Assembly (NCBI GenBank): GCA_016197155.1
Contig: JACPWF010000036.1
Span: forward strand, 931-64,930
Direction: 5' to 3'
Length of the DNA stretch: 64,000 bases
From: Candidatus Omnitrophota bacterium
Lineage (GTDB): Bacteria > Omnitrophota > Gorgyraeia > 2-02-FULL-51-18
In this document: positions 1 to 8,554 of the stretch, piece after piece
How the letters are laid out: every line of letters begins with the position of its first letter
How positions within the stretch are numbered: position 1 is the stretch's first letter
The notes under the pieces: model-generated
Databases searched by the model: none
Seen by the model: the letters and a program-made list of their open reading frames with translations, nothing else
Told to the model about the DNA's origin: nothing
Made by a program: the position numbers and the translations under genes

Positions 1-453
1 TTTATCGATTTCCGTTACAAGATCATTCCCGATGAGATCACCCTTCCCGGGATGGTCGCGGCCGTCGCGGCCTCGGCGCTGTGGCCGGGGTTGCACGGGG
101 AAACGGTTTGGGTGTGGGGGGTTTTACGGTCCCTGATGGGGCTGGCGGCGGGCGGCGGGATTTTGTGGGCGGCGGGGAGCATCGCCGGGCGGATCCTGAA
201 AAAAGAGGCGATGGGCGGCGGCGACGTGAAACTTTTGGCGATGATCGGCGCGCTTCTGGGGTGGCAGGCGGTTTTGTGGATCGTGTTTATTTCCTCATTT
301 TTGGGGTCGGCGGCCGGGATTTATCTGCGGTTGAAAAAGGGCGAGGCGGAGATCCCCTACGGGCCGTACTTGGCCGCGGCCGCTGTTTTTTATATTTTCT
401 TCGGGAAGGCGCTGGTGCAGGGGTACCTGAATTTTTTTGCGAGAGGAGCGTGA
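1..453 (+). CDS. pilD: Prepilin peptidase (A24), 5'-truncated by window edge
   Basis: Frame open from base 1 (FIDFRYKIIPD); MGGGDVKL catalytic motif; C-terminal IPYGPYL; hydrophobic. Confidence 0.9.
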   Translation, partial: FIDFRYKIIPDEITLPGMVAAVAASALWPGLHGETVWVWGVLRSLMGLAAGGGILWAAGSIAGRILKKEAMGGGDVKLLAMIGALLGWQAVLWIVFISSFLGSAAGIYLRLKKGEAEIPYGPYLAAAAVFYIFFGKALVQGYLNFFARGA

Positions 454-457
454 AACG

Positions 458-1582
458 ATGCTACGATTTCTGACGGGTGGCGAGTCGCACGGGAAGTGCC
501 TCGTGGCGATTTTGGAGGGCATGGTCGCGGGGCTTCGGGTCCGCGCGGAGGAAATTAATCTTGAGCTCGCGCGCCGCCAGGCCGGCTATGGCCGCGGCGG
601 GCGGATGGCGATCGAAAAGGACGCGGTTGAGATTTTATCCGGCGTGCGGGGCGAACGCACGATCGGCGGGCCGATCGCGCTTTTGATCCCCAACAAGGAT
701 TTTAAAATCAATGAACTGCCGGTCGTCAAGCGTCCGCGGCCGGGGCACGCGGATCTTGTGGGCGCCTTGAAGTACGGCCGCGAGGATGTCCGCGATGTTT
801 TGGAGCGCGCCAGCGCCCGCGAAACCGCCGCGCGCACGGCCGTGGGGGCCGTGTGCAAGTGTTTTTTAAGGGAATTCGGCGTCGAGATTTTGAGCCACGT
901 CGTCTCTGTCGGCGGGGTGACGGCCGACACCGCCGGGATGAGTTTTGACGAGATCCGGGAGGCCTCGGAGGGTTCGCCGGTGCGCACGGCGGACAAGCGC
1001 GCGGAAAAAAAGATGATCGCGCGCATCGACGAGGCGAAAGGGGCGCGGGACACGATCGGCGGGATCTTCGAGGTCGTCGCGCGCGGGGTGCCGGCGGGGT
1101 TGGGAAGTTTCGTGCACTACGACCGGCGGCTCGGGGCGCGGCTCGGGGCGGCGCTTTTGTCGATCCAGGCGGTGAAGGCCGTCGAGATCGGAATGGGTTT
1201 CAAGGTTTCCGAGACGCTCGGAAAAAACGTGCACGACGAGATTTTTTACGAAAAGAAAAAAGGCTTCTACCGGAAAACCAACCGCGCCGGGGGGCTCGAG
1301 GGCGGGATGACCAACGGCGAGAACCTTGTGCTGCGCGCGGCGACCAAACCCTACGCGACGCTCATGAGCCCGCTGCAATCGGTGCACATCGGCACGAAGG
1401 AAAAAGAGGTCGCGACGGTCGAGCGTTCGGACGTGACGGCCGTGCCCGCCTGCGGCGTCGTGGGCGAGGCGATGATCGCGTTTACGCTGGCAGAGAGTTT
1501 TCTCGAGAAATTCGGCGGCGACAGCCTGGGCGAAACTTCAAGAAATTTCAAAGGCTACCTGAAACAGCTTGAGCAATTTTAA
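458..1582 (+). CDS. aroC: Chorismate synthase
   Basis: MLRFLTGGESHG, RPRPGHADL, ERASARETA, GGLEGG, RSD motifs; ATG at 458. Confidence 0.97.
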   Translation: MLRFLTGGESHGKCLVAILEGMVAGLRVRAEEINLELARRQAGYGRGGRMAIEKDAVEILSGVRGERTIGGPIALLIPNKDFKINELPVVKRPRPGHADLVGALKYGREDVRDVLERASARETAARTAVGAVCKCFLREFGVEILSHVVSVGGVTADTAGMSFDEIREASEGSPVRTADKRAEKKMIARIDEAKGARDTIGGIFEVVARGVPAGLGSFVHYDRRLGARLGAALLSIQAVKAVEIGMGFKVSETLGKNVHDEIFYEKKKGFYRKTNRAGGLEGGMTNGENLVLRAATKPYATLMSPLQSVHIGTKEKEVATVERSDVTAVPACGVVGEAMIAFTLAESFLEKFGGDSLGETSRNFKGYLKQLEQF

Positions 1583-2093
1583 AAAAAATATCGTGCTCAT
1601 CGGATTCATGGGGACGGGAAAGACGAGCGTGGGCAAGATCCTCGCCCGCGAGCTCGACCGTCCGCTCGTGGACGTCGATCAGGCGATCGAGGAAAAAGAA
1701 AAAAGAAAGATCGCCGAAATTTTCGAAAAAAGCGGCGAGGCCTATTTCAGGGCCGTTGAGAAAGAGGCCGTCCGCGAGGCGGCCGTCCGGGAGTCCGTCG
1801 TGATCACGACCGGGGGCGGCGCGGTCCTCGACCCCGAGAATCTTGACGCGCTCCGGAGAAACGGGACGCTCATCGCCCTCTCCGCGAAACCCGAGACGAT
1901 TTATGAAAGGGTGAAAAATTCCCGGCACCGCCCGCTTTTGAAAGGAGAGGACCTTTTGGCGCAGATCCAAAAACTTTTGGAGATCCGAAAACCCCATTAC
2001 GAAAAGGCGGACCTGACGCTCGACACCGACGGTCAAACGTCCGCCGAGGTCGCCGCGCGCATTTTGAAGAGGCTTTCCCAAAATGAGGAATGA
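1569..2093 (+). CDS. aroK: Shikimate kinase
   Basis: LIGFMGTGKT P-loop, GEAYFR, TGGG, RPLL. Confidence 0.95.
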   Translation: MSNFKKNIVLIGFMGTGKTSVGKILARELDRPLVDVDQAIEEKEKRKIAEIFEKSGEAYFRAVEKEAVREAAVRESVVITTGGGAVLDPENLDALRRNGTLIALSAKPETIYERVKNSRHRPLLKGEDLLAQIQKLLEIRKPHYEKADLTLDTDGQTSAEVAARILKRLSQNEE

Positions 2094-3177
2094 CCCAAAC
2101 GAACTTCGCGAGATCCTGGCCCTCAGCCTCGTGAAAAATATGGGGCCCGTGGCGTTTAAGCGCTTGCTCGAAACGTTCGGAAGCGTCTCGGCGATCTTTC
2201 GGGCGCCGGTCCCGGCGCTTCGCAAGGTGAAGGGCGCCCGGCGCGCGGCGCTCGAAGCATTGAAAGATCCCTCGCTTTTCAAAAAGGCCGACGCGGAAAT
2301 CAAAAAAGCCAATGACGCGGGTGTCGAGATTCTTTCTTTTTTTGACACGCGTTATCCGGAGGAATTGAAAGAAATTTACGACCCGCCGATCCTGCTTTAC
2401 GTGAAAGGCTCTCTGGAAGGGGACGCGCCGCGGATCGCCGTGGTGGGTTCGCGCTCGACCTCGATCTACGGGCGCGAGACGACCAGGCGCCTTTCGCGGG
2501 AATTGGCCGCGGCGGGGCTTGTCGTCGTGAGCGGTTTGGCCGAGGGCATTGACACGGCCGCGCACGAAGGGGCGCTGGAGGGCCGGGGCCGGACCTTCGC
2601 GGTTTTGGGGGGCGGCCTTTCAAGGATTTATCCGAAGGCGAATGAAAAATTGGCACAGCGCATCTGTCAAAACGGGGCCCTCCTCTCGGAATACCCGATG
2701 GAGATGGCGCCGCTCCCTCAATATTTTCCCGTCCGAAACCGCCTCATCAGCGGCCTTTCGCGCGCGGTGCTCGTCATCGAGGCGCGTAAAAACAGCGGGG
2801 CGCTCATCACCGCGGACGCCGCGCTTGAGCAGGGGCGCGAGGTGTTTGCGGTGCCGGGCAATATCGATTCGATCCGGTCCGAGGGCACGAATAGTTTGCT
2901 CCGGGACGGCGCCAAACTCGTCACCTCGGCGGCGGATATTTTGGACGAATGGAAATGGAGGCCGGGGGAAACCGTTTCCGAGAAACGCCTTCCCCGTCCG
3001 CCGCTCGAACCCGCCGAGAAAAAACTTTTATCGCTTTTGGACGCCCAGTCCCTGCAGATCGAGACCCTCATCGAGGAAAGCCGCCTGCCGGTGAATCAGG
3101 CGCTGTCGCTTCTCTCCGTCATGGAAATGAAGGGGCTCGTGAAAGAACTTCCCGGAAAGCATTACGCCAAAAAATGA
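2083..3177 (+). CDS. dprA: DNA processing protein DprA
   Basis: IAVVGSR, VSGLAEGID, FPVRNRLISGLS, SGALITA; C-terminal winged helix. Confidence 0.96.
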   Translation: MRNDPNELREILALSLVKNMGPVAFKRLLETFGSVSAIFRAPVPALRKVKGARRAALEALKDPSLFKKADAEIKKANDAGVEILSFFDTRYPEELKEIYDPPILLYVKGSLEGDAPRIAVVGSRSTSIYGRETTRRLSRELAAAGLVVVSGLAEGIDTAAHEGALEGRGRTFAVLGGGLSRIYPKANEKLAQRICQNGALLSEYPMEMAPLPQYFPVRNRLISGLSRAVLVIEARKNSGALITADAALEQGREVFAVPGNIDSIRSEGTNSLLRDGAKLVTSAADILDEWKWRPGETVSEKRLPRPPLEPAEKKLLSLLDAQSLQIETLIEESRLPVNQALSLLSVMEMKGLVKELPGKHYAKK

Positions 3178-5438
3178 CGACCCTTTACACCCCGATCACG
3201 ATCCGGTTAAACGGCGAAAAAAAAGTTTTGGAAAAATCTTTTTCGCTCGACGGGCTTCTGGCGGAATTGTCCATTCCCAAAGAGCGCGTGGCCGTGGAGC
3301 TGAACGGGACGATCCTTTCGAAAGAGGAGCTTCGGGAAAAAATATTGAAAGCCAATGACGAAGTCGAGATCGTGCATTTTGTCGGCGGCGGCGCGAAGGC
3401 GAGCGAAGCGGGGGGCCTTGTGATCGTCGAGTCGCCCGCCAAATGCAAAACGATTCACAAGTATCTGGGGCCCGACTTCGAGGTCACCGCGTCGATGGGC
3501 CACATCATCGATCTGCCGAAAAGTAAAATGGGCATCGACATCGGGCACGATTTCAAACCGCAGTACATCGTGATGCGCGACAAGAAAAAAACGCTTTCGG
3601 ACCTAAAGGAAAAAGCGAAGAAAAAAGAGCGGATCTATCTCGCCTGCGACCCCGACCGCGAAGGGGAGGCGATCAGCTGGCACTTGAAGGAGGAACTGGG
3701 CCGCGGCAAGAAAGTCTCGCGCGTCGTGTTCAACGAAATCACCCAGGAGGCCGTCCGAAAAGCGTTTGAGCGGCCGAAGGACATTGACATGAACCTGGTC
3801 GATGCCCAGCAGGCGCGCCGCGTCGTCGACCGGCTTGTGGGTTATTCCCTGAGCCCGCTTTTATGGCAAAAGGTGGGCAAGGGCCTTTCGGCCGGCCGCG
3901 TGCAGTCGGTGGCCCTGCGCCTGGTCGTCGACCGCGAAAGGCAGATCCGGGCGTTTGTCCCCGAGGAATACTGGTCCATCGAGGCCGAGCTTAAGAAAAA
4001 AACGGGCGGCCACCCTTCTTTCATTGCCAAGCTTGAAAAAATCGGCGGCGAAAAGGCCTCGATCGCCGCGCGCGAAAAAGCCGAAGCGGTTTTGGCGCGC
4101 GCCAAGAACGAGCCGTTCGTTGTCCGGGAAATTAAAAAGCAAAAAAAGAAAAGAAACCCTTTCCCGCCGTACACGACGAGCAAGCTTCAGCAGGCCGCCT
4201 ACAACGTCCTGCGTTTTCCGGCCTCTAAAACGATGCGCGTCGCCCAGATGCTTTACGAGGGCGTCGATGTCGGCTCCGAGGGCAGTGCGGGCCTCATCAC
4301 GTACATGCGCACGGATTCGGTGCGCGTGTCGGAGGGCGCCTTGAAGGAGGTCCGCCAGTTCATTTCCAAAAATTACGGAAAAAATTACCTGCCGCCGGCG
4401 CCGAATATTTACAAATCCAAAAAACAGGCCCAAGAGGCGCACGAGGCGATCCGCCCGACGGCCGTTTCGCGGCGGCCGAAAGACATCGAGCAATATCTGA
4501 CGCCAGATCAATTTAAATTGTACTCGCTCATCTGGGAACAATTTGTCTCAAGCCAAATGATGCCGGGCATTCTCGCGCAGGAGACCGCGGACATCGCGGC
4601 CGGGGACTGCCTCTTTCGCGCCACGGGAAGCCGCGTGGAATTTCCGGGGTGCCTCGCCGCATTCGGCCGCAAAGAGGAAGAGGACAGCCCACTCCCGCCG
4701 CTGGCTGAGGGCGAAACGCTGGTTCTCATTAAAATCGAGCCGCATCAGCATTTCACCAAACCCCCGGCGCGTTTCACCGACGCGTCGCTCGTGAAGGCGC
4801 TCGAGGAAAAAGGGATCGGGCGCCCCTCGACGTACGCGCCGATCATTCTGACGCTCACCAGCCGCGACTACATCCGGCGCGAGGGCGGGAGCCTCGTCCC
4901 GACGGAGCTGGGGATCCTCGTGACGGACCTGCTCGTCAAATATTTCGCGAAGCTCATGGATTTTGAGTTCACGGCGAACATGGAGGAGGAGCTGGATCTC
5001 ATCGAGGAAGGAAAAACCGAATGGGTGGGGGTGGTGCGCGGGTTTTACGGCTCGTTCAGCGGCCAGCTCGATTTTGCCAAAGACAAAATGGAAACGGTGA
5101 AAAAAGAAAACGAGCCGACGAATGAAGTTTGCGAAAAATGCGGGAAGCCCATGGTCATCAAGTGGGGCCGGCACGGGCGCTTCGTGAGTTGTTCGGGTTG
5201 GCCCGATTGCAAGAATGCCAAATCCCTTTCGACCGGCGTGGCCTGTCCTCAATGCGGCAAAGGCCAGCTCGTGCGCCGCAAGGCCAAAAGCGGCCGCGGC
5301 CGCTCCTTTTACGGCTGTACGGCTTATCCCGACTGCACTTACATCGCCAATCGCCTACCCTCCGAAGCTTCAGCGAAGGAGGGCACGCCCTCGGCGCCTC
5401 TGGCGGCCGTATCCGGAAACGATCCCGGCGATGGATAG
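3174..5438 (+). CDS. topA: ThiS-like (ubiquitin-fold) domain fused to type IA DNA topoisomerase I
   Basis: ATG overlaps dprA stop (ATGA); aa 1-73 ThiS-like (IRLNGE, VAVELNG, DEVEIVHFVGGG); then LVIVESPAK, DPDREGEAI, SAGRVQS, ITYMRTD (catalytic Tyr), GIGRPSTY and C-terminal Zn ribbons. Confidence 0.93.
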   Translation: MTTLYTPITIRLNGEKKVLEKSFSLDGLLAELSIPKERVAVELNGTILSKEELREKILKANDEVEIVHFVGGGAKASEAGGLVIVESPAKCKTIHKYLGPDFEVTASMGHIIDLPKSKMGIDIGHDFKPQYIVMRDKKKTLSDLKEKAKKKERIYLACDPDREGEAISWHLKEELGRGKKVSRVVFNEITQEAVRKAFERPKDIDMNLVDAQQARRVVDRLVGYSLSPLLWQKVGKGLSAGRVQSVALRLVVDRERQIRAFVPEEYWSIEAELKKKTGGHPSFIAKLEKIGGEKASIAAREKAEAVLARAKNEPFVVREIKKQKKKRNPFPPYTTSKLQQAAYNVLRFPASKTMRVAQMLYEGVDVGSEGSAGLITYMRTDSVRVSEGALKEVRQFISKNYGKNYLPPAPNIYKSKKQAQEAHEAIRPTAVSRRPKDIEQYLTPDQFKLYSLIWEQFVSSQMMPGILAQETADIAAGDCLFRATGSRVEFPGCLAAFGRKEEEDSPLPPLAEGETLVLIKIEPHQHFTKPPARFTDASLVKALEEKGIGRPSTYAPIILTLTSRDYIRREGGSLVPTELGILVTDLLVKYFAKLMDFEFTANMEEELDLIEEGKTEWVGVVRGFYGSFSGQLDFAKDKMETVKKENEPTNEVCEKCGKPMVIKWGRHGRFVSCSGWPDCKNAKSLSTGVACPQCGKGQLVRRKAKSGRGRSFYGCTAYPDCTYIANRLPSEASAKEGTPSAPLAAVSGNDPGDG
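5358..5383 (+). repeat. 26-nt palindromic element CCCTCCGAAGCTTCAGCGAAGGAGGG in topA tail
   Basis: Identical to 14689-14714; encodes PSEASAKEG. Confidence 0.9.
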
Positions 5439-6312
5439 GCATTTTGAAAAATTTTTAAAATATCTCGGGACCGAAAAAAATTATTCCCGGCACACGCTGA
5501 CGGGCTACGCCGCCGACCTCCGGGAGTTTTACTCGTTTTTGGGAAATCTGCGCCTTCCGGACGTGGAGATCATTTTCCTGAGACGGTATCTGGCGCATTT
5601 GAAGGAAAGAAATCTTTCAAAAAGGACCGTCGCGCGGCGCATGGCGGCCCTCAGGACTTTTTTCCGTTTTTTGACGCGGGAGGGATTCTTAAAGAAAAAT
5701 CCGATCGGGCTTTTGTCGAGCCCGAAGCTTGAGAAAAAACTCCCGATGGTTTTGGATGAAAATGAGGTCACGCGTCTTTTGGAGTCGCCGGAGGATGATT
5801 TGGCCGGGCGCCGGGACAGGGCGATCTTGGAAACGCTGTACTCGGCGGGCCTGCGCGTTTCGGAACTGGTGGGGCTCGATGTGGACGCGGTCGATTTTAT
5901 CGGCGGGGTCTGCCGCGTGTGGGGCAAGGGCCGGAAAGAGCGCCTGTGTCCGGTCGGGGACAGGGCCCTGTCGAGCATCCGGCGGTACCTCGAGATCCGG
6001 CGCAAGGCCTCGAAAAAAAATGAGAAAGCGCTTTTTTTGAACCATTCGCCGCATGAGCGCGGGTCGCGGCTCACGGACCGGAGTGTCAGGCGCATTTTGG
6101 ACAAATACATCGAGCGGACCTCGCGGCGCGAAGACGTCTCGCCGCACACCCTGCGCCATTCCTTCGCGACGCATCTTTTGAATCGCGGCGCGGACCTGCG
6201 GTCGGTTCAGGAACTGTTGGGGCATGAGAATCTGTCCACCACGCAGATTTATACGCACGTGTCCACTTCGCGTTTGAAAGAGGCGTACGACAAGGCGCAC
6301 CCGAGGGCCTGA
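5431..6312 (+). CDS. xerC: Tyrosine recombinase XerC
   Basis: GLRVSEL, GKGRKER, HTLRHSFATHLL, LLGH, TQIYTH; dprA-topA-xerC synteny. Confidence 0.92.
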   Translation: MDRHFEKFLKYLGTEKNYSRHTLTGYAADLREFYSFLGNLRLPDVEIIFLRRYLAHLKERNLSKRTVARRMAALRTFFRFLTREGFLKKNPIGLLSSPKLEKKLPMVLDENEVTRLLESPEDDLAGRRDRAILETLYSAGLRVSELVGLDVDAVDFIGGVCRVWGKGRKERLCPVGDRALSSIRRYLEIRRKASKKNEKALFLNHSPHERGSRLTDRSVRRILDKYIERTSRREDVSPHTLRHSFATHLLNRGADLRSVQELLGHENLSTTQIYTHVSTSRLKEAYDKAHPRA

Positions 6313-7577
6313 TGCGGTTTTTATACGACATTTTTTTTCTCGTCTTTGCCGTGGGCTACCTGCCGTTTTTTTTGGCGAAGGGCAAACACCGCGGCGGCTT
6401 TCTCGAGCGTTTGGGAATTTTACCGGCTAGCGTCCGGCGGAAGGCGGCCGGCAGGGAAACCGTTTGGATCCACGGCGTTTCCGTGGGAGAGGTCACCCTG
6501 GCCGTGCGGCTGGGAAAGGAACTGAAGGCCGTTTTTCCGGGGACGCCCTTTATTTTCACGACGACCACGCCCGCGGGAAAACAGGTCGCCGAAAAATTAA
6601 AAGACCCCGGGGACACGGTGCTGTATTTTCCGGTTGATTTCCGGTTTTGCGTCCGCCGGTTTATCCGGAATGTCCGGCCAAGGCTCGTGATGATCGTGGA
6701 AACCGAGATTTGGCCGAACCTGATTTGGGAATTGTCGAACAAAGCTGTGCCGATGGTCCTTGTGAATGGTAGAATCTCTGACAAGGCCTTTCGGCGCTAC
6801 CGCCGTTTCGTGTTTTTTTTGGGGCCGCTCTTGCGACGCTTTTCGGGCATCGGCGCGCAGGACGAGACGATGCGCGCGCGTTTCGTGGAACTGGGCGCGG
6901 ATCCCGCGCGCGTGAAGGTGACGGGCAATTTGAAAGGGGACTGGCGCCCTCCGGACGACAAGGCCCCCGCGACGGCGGATTTGAAGGGTCTCACGAAGGC
7001 GCGCGGGTGGTTTTTGTGCATTGCCGGCAGCACGCACGAAGGCGAGGAGAAAATTTTATTTGAGCTGGCCGGGCGCCTCCGTAAAAAACGGCCGAACTTC
7101 CGGCTTTTGGTCGCGCCGCGCCATCTGCATCGCCTGTCCGCGATCGAGGCCGAGGCCGGGAAAAACGGACTCGTTCATAAAAGCTTGAGCGATTTTTTGA
7201 AAAATTCCGCAAATGGCCGCGACGCCGATGTGATCTTGCTGGATGAGATGGGGTTACTCGGCGCGCTTTATGAGGCGGCGGACCTGGTGTTTATCGGCGG
7301 CAGTCTCGTGCCGGTCGGGGGGCATAATCCCGTGGAGCCCGCCTATTTCGGGAAGCCGATCGTGTTCGGCCCTTTTATGGATAATTTCAAAGAAATGGCG
7401 CAGGCCTTTAAACAGGCCGGGGCGGGGGTCGAGTCCTCCGCGGAAAATTTGGAATCCGAGATCGCGTTTTTGATGGACCATCCGGAAAAACGCGCCGCGC
7501 TCGGTGAAAACGCGAAACACTGGGTGAGCCGGCAGGCCGGCGCCATTCAAAAAAATATAGAGGTTTTTCTAAAATGA
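6312..7577 (+). CDS. waaA: Kdo transferase
   Basis: WIHGVSVGEV, ETEIWPN, VTGNLK, GSTHEGE, GGHNPVEPA. Confidence 0.95.
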   Translation: MRFLYDIFFLVFAVGYLPFFLAKGKHRGGFLERLGILPASVRRKAAGRETVWIHGVSVGEVTLAVRLGKELKAVFPGTPFIFTTTTPAGKQVAEKLKDPGDTVLYFPVDFRFCVRRFIRNVRPRLVMIVETEIWPNLIWELSNKAVPMVLVNGRISDKAFRRYRRFVFFLGPLLRRFSGIGAQDETMRARFVELGADPARVKVTGNLKGDWRPPDDKAPATADLKGLTKARGWFLCIAGSTHEGEEKILFELAGRLRKKRPNFRLLVAPRHLHRLSAIEAEAGKNGLVHKSLSDFLKNSANGRDADVILLDEMGLLGALYEAADLVFIGGSLVPVGGHNPVEPAYFGKPIVFGPFMDNFKEMAQAFKQAGAGVESSAENLESEIAFLMDHPEKRAALGENAKHWVSRQAGAIQKNIEVFLK

Positions 7578-8554
7578 AAAAAATCATCGGCTCGTTTTTG
7601 TCGGGAATTTATTATGCCGCGCTCGTCGTGAGCCAGGCGAGCTACCGTTGGCTCCCGTTCCGGATCCGAAAGGTCCCCGCGAAGGTGATCAGCATCGGCA
7701 ATCTCACCTGGGGCGGAACGGGAAAGACGCCGCTCGTCGTGAAGCTGGCCCGGGACATGGCCTATTACGGCAAAAAAGTCGCGGTCCTCGTGCGCGGCTA
7801 CGGAAAGGACGAAGTCGCGGAGCTGAAGAAAAATCTTCCGAATATCCCCGTGATCGTGGGAAAAAACAGGGCCCGTTCCGCCAGGCAGGCGATCCGCCGC
7901 CACGGCGCCGAGGTCCTCATTTTGGACGACGGATTCCAGCACATCCGTCTTCACCGCGATCTCGACATCGTGAACATCAACTCGGTCCTGCCGTTCGGCA
8001 ACGGAAAACTCATCCCGCAGGGGATCTTGCGGGAGCCGGTCGCGCATTTGCGCCGCGCGCATCTTTTTGTCCTGACCAAAAGCAACATCGGCTCGAAAAA
8101 CGTTCACTGGATCCGCCAAAAACTTCTCGAGGTCAAACCCCACGCGCCGATCTTTGAGGCGGTGCACAAGCCCATGCGGTTTTTGGACGCGCTGAAAGGG
8201 CGGACCGTGACGCTCGGCGAGATGAAGGGCCGCCGCGTGGCCACGCTTTCCGGGATCGGCGACCCGTATTCGTTCGAGAAAACCGTCGAAAATCTCGGCA
8301 ACGAGATCGTGCTGGCCGCGCGCTTTGACGACCACCACGCGTACACGCGCAGGGAACTCGGCGATTTTTTTGACCGCTGCCGAAAGGCCGGCGTCAGGGA
8401 GATCGTGACGACCGAAAAGGATTTTTTCCGGATCGATCCGCTGATCAAAAATGAAAAGAGGCCGAATCGGGAGGGCCTGTCCATTTTGGTTCTGCAAATT
8501 GAGTTTCAAGTCCATGATGAAGAAGATTTCCTTCGAAGATGCCTTAATCCTTAA
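7574..8554 (+). CDS. lpxK: Tetraacyldisaccharide 4'-kinase
   Basis: ISIGNLTWGGTGKTP, LDDGFQH, GILREP, TTEKD. Confidence 0.95.
   Translation: MKKIIGSFLSGIYYAALVVSQASYRWLPFRIRKVPAKVISIGNLTWGGTGKTPLVVKLARDMAYYGKKVAVLVRGYGKDEVAELKKNLPNIPVIVGKNRARSARQAIRRHGAEVLILDDGFQHIRLHRDLDIVNINSVLPFGNGKLIPQGILREPVAHLRRAHLFVLTKSNIGSKNVHWIRQKLLEVKPHAPIFEAVHKPMRFLDALKGRTVTLGEMKGRRVATLSGIGDPYSFEKTVENLGNEIVLAARFDDHHAYTRRELGDFFDRCRKAGVREIVTTEKDFFRIDPLIKNEKRPNREGLSILVLQIEFQVHDEEDFLRRCLNP

Noticed and set aside
2949-3173. 75-aa extension upstream of the ThiS domain, and similar extensions of xerC, dxr (31162), pyrG, uppS and nusA in the ORF track
   Set aside because: They overlap upstream genes in other frames; better starts lie at or near the upstream stops.
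5431-6312. Tyrosine recombinase as a prophage or island integrase
   Set aside because: Size, motifs and dprA-topA synteny fit housekeeping XerC.
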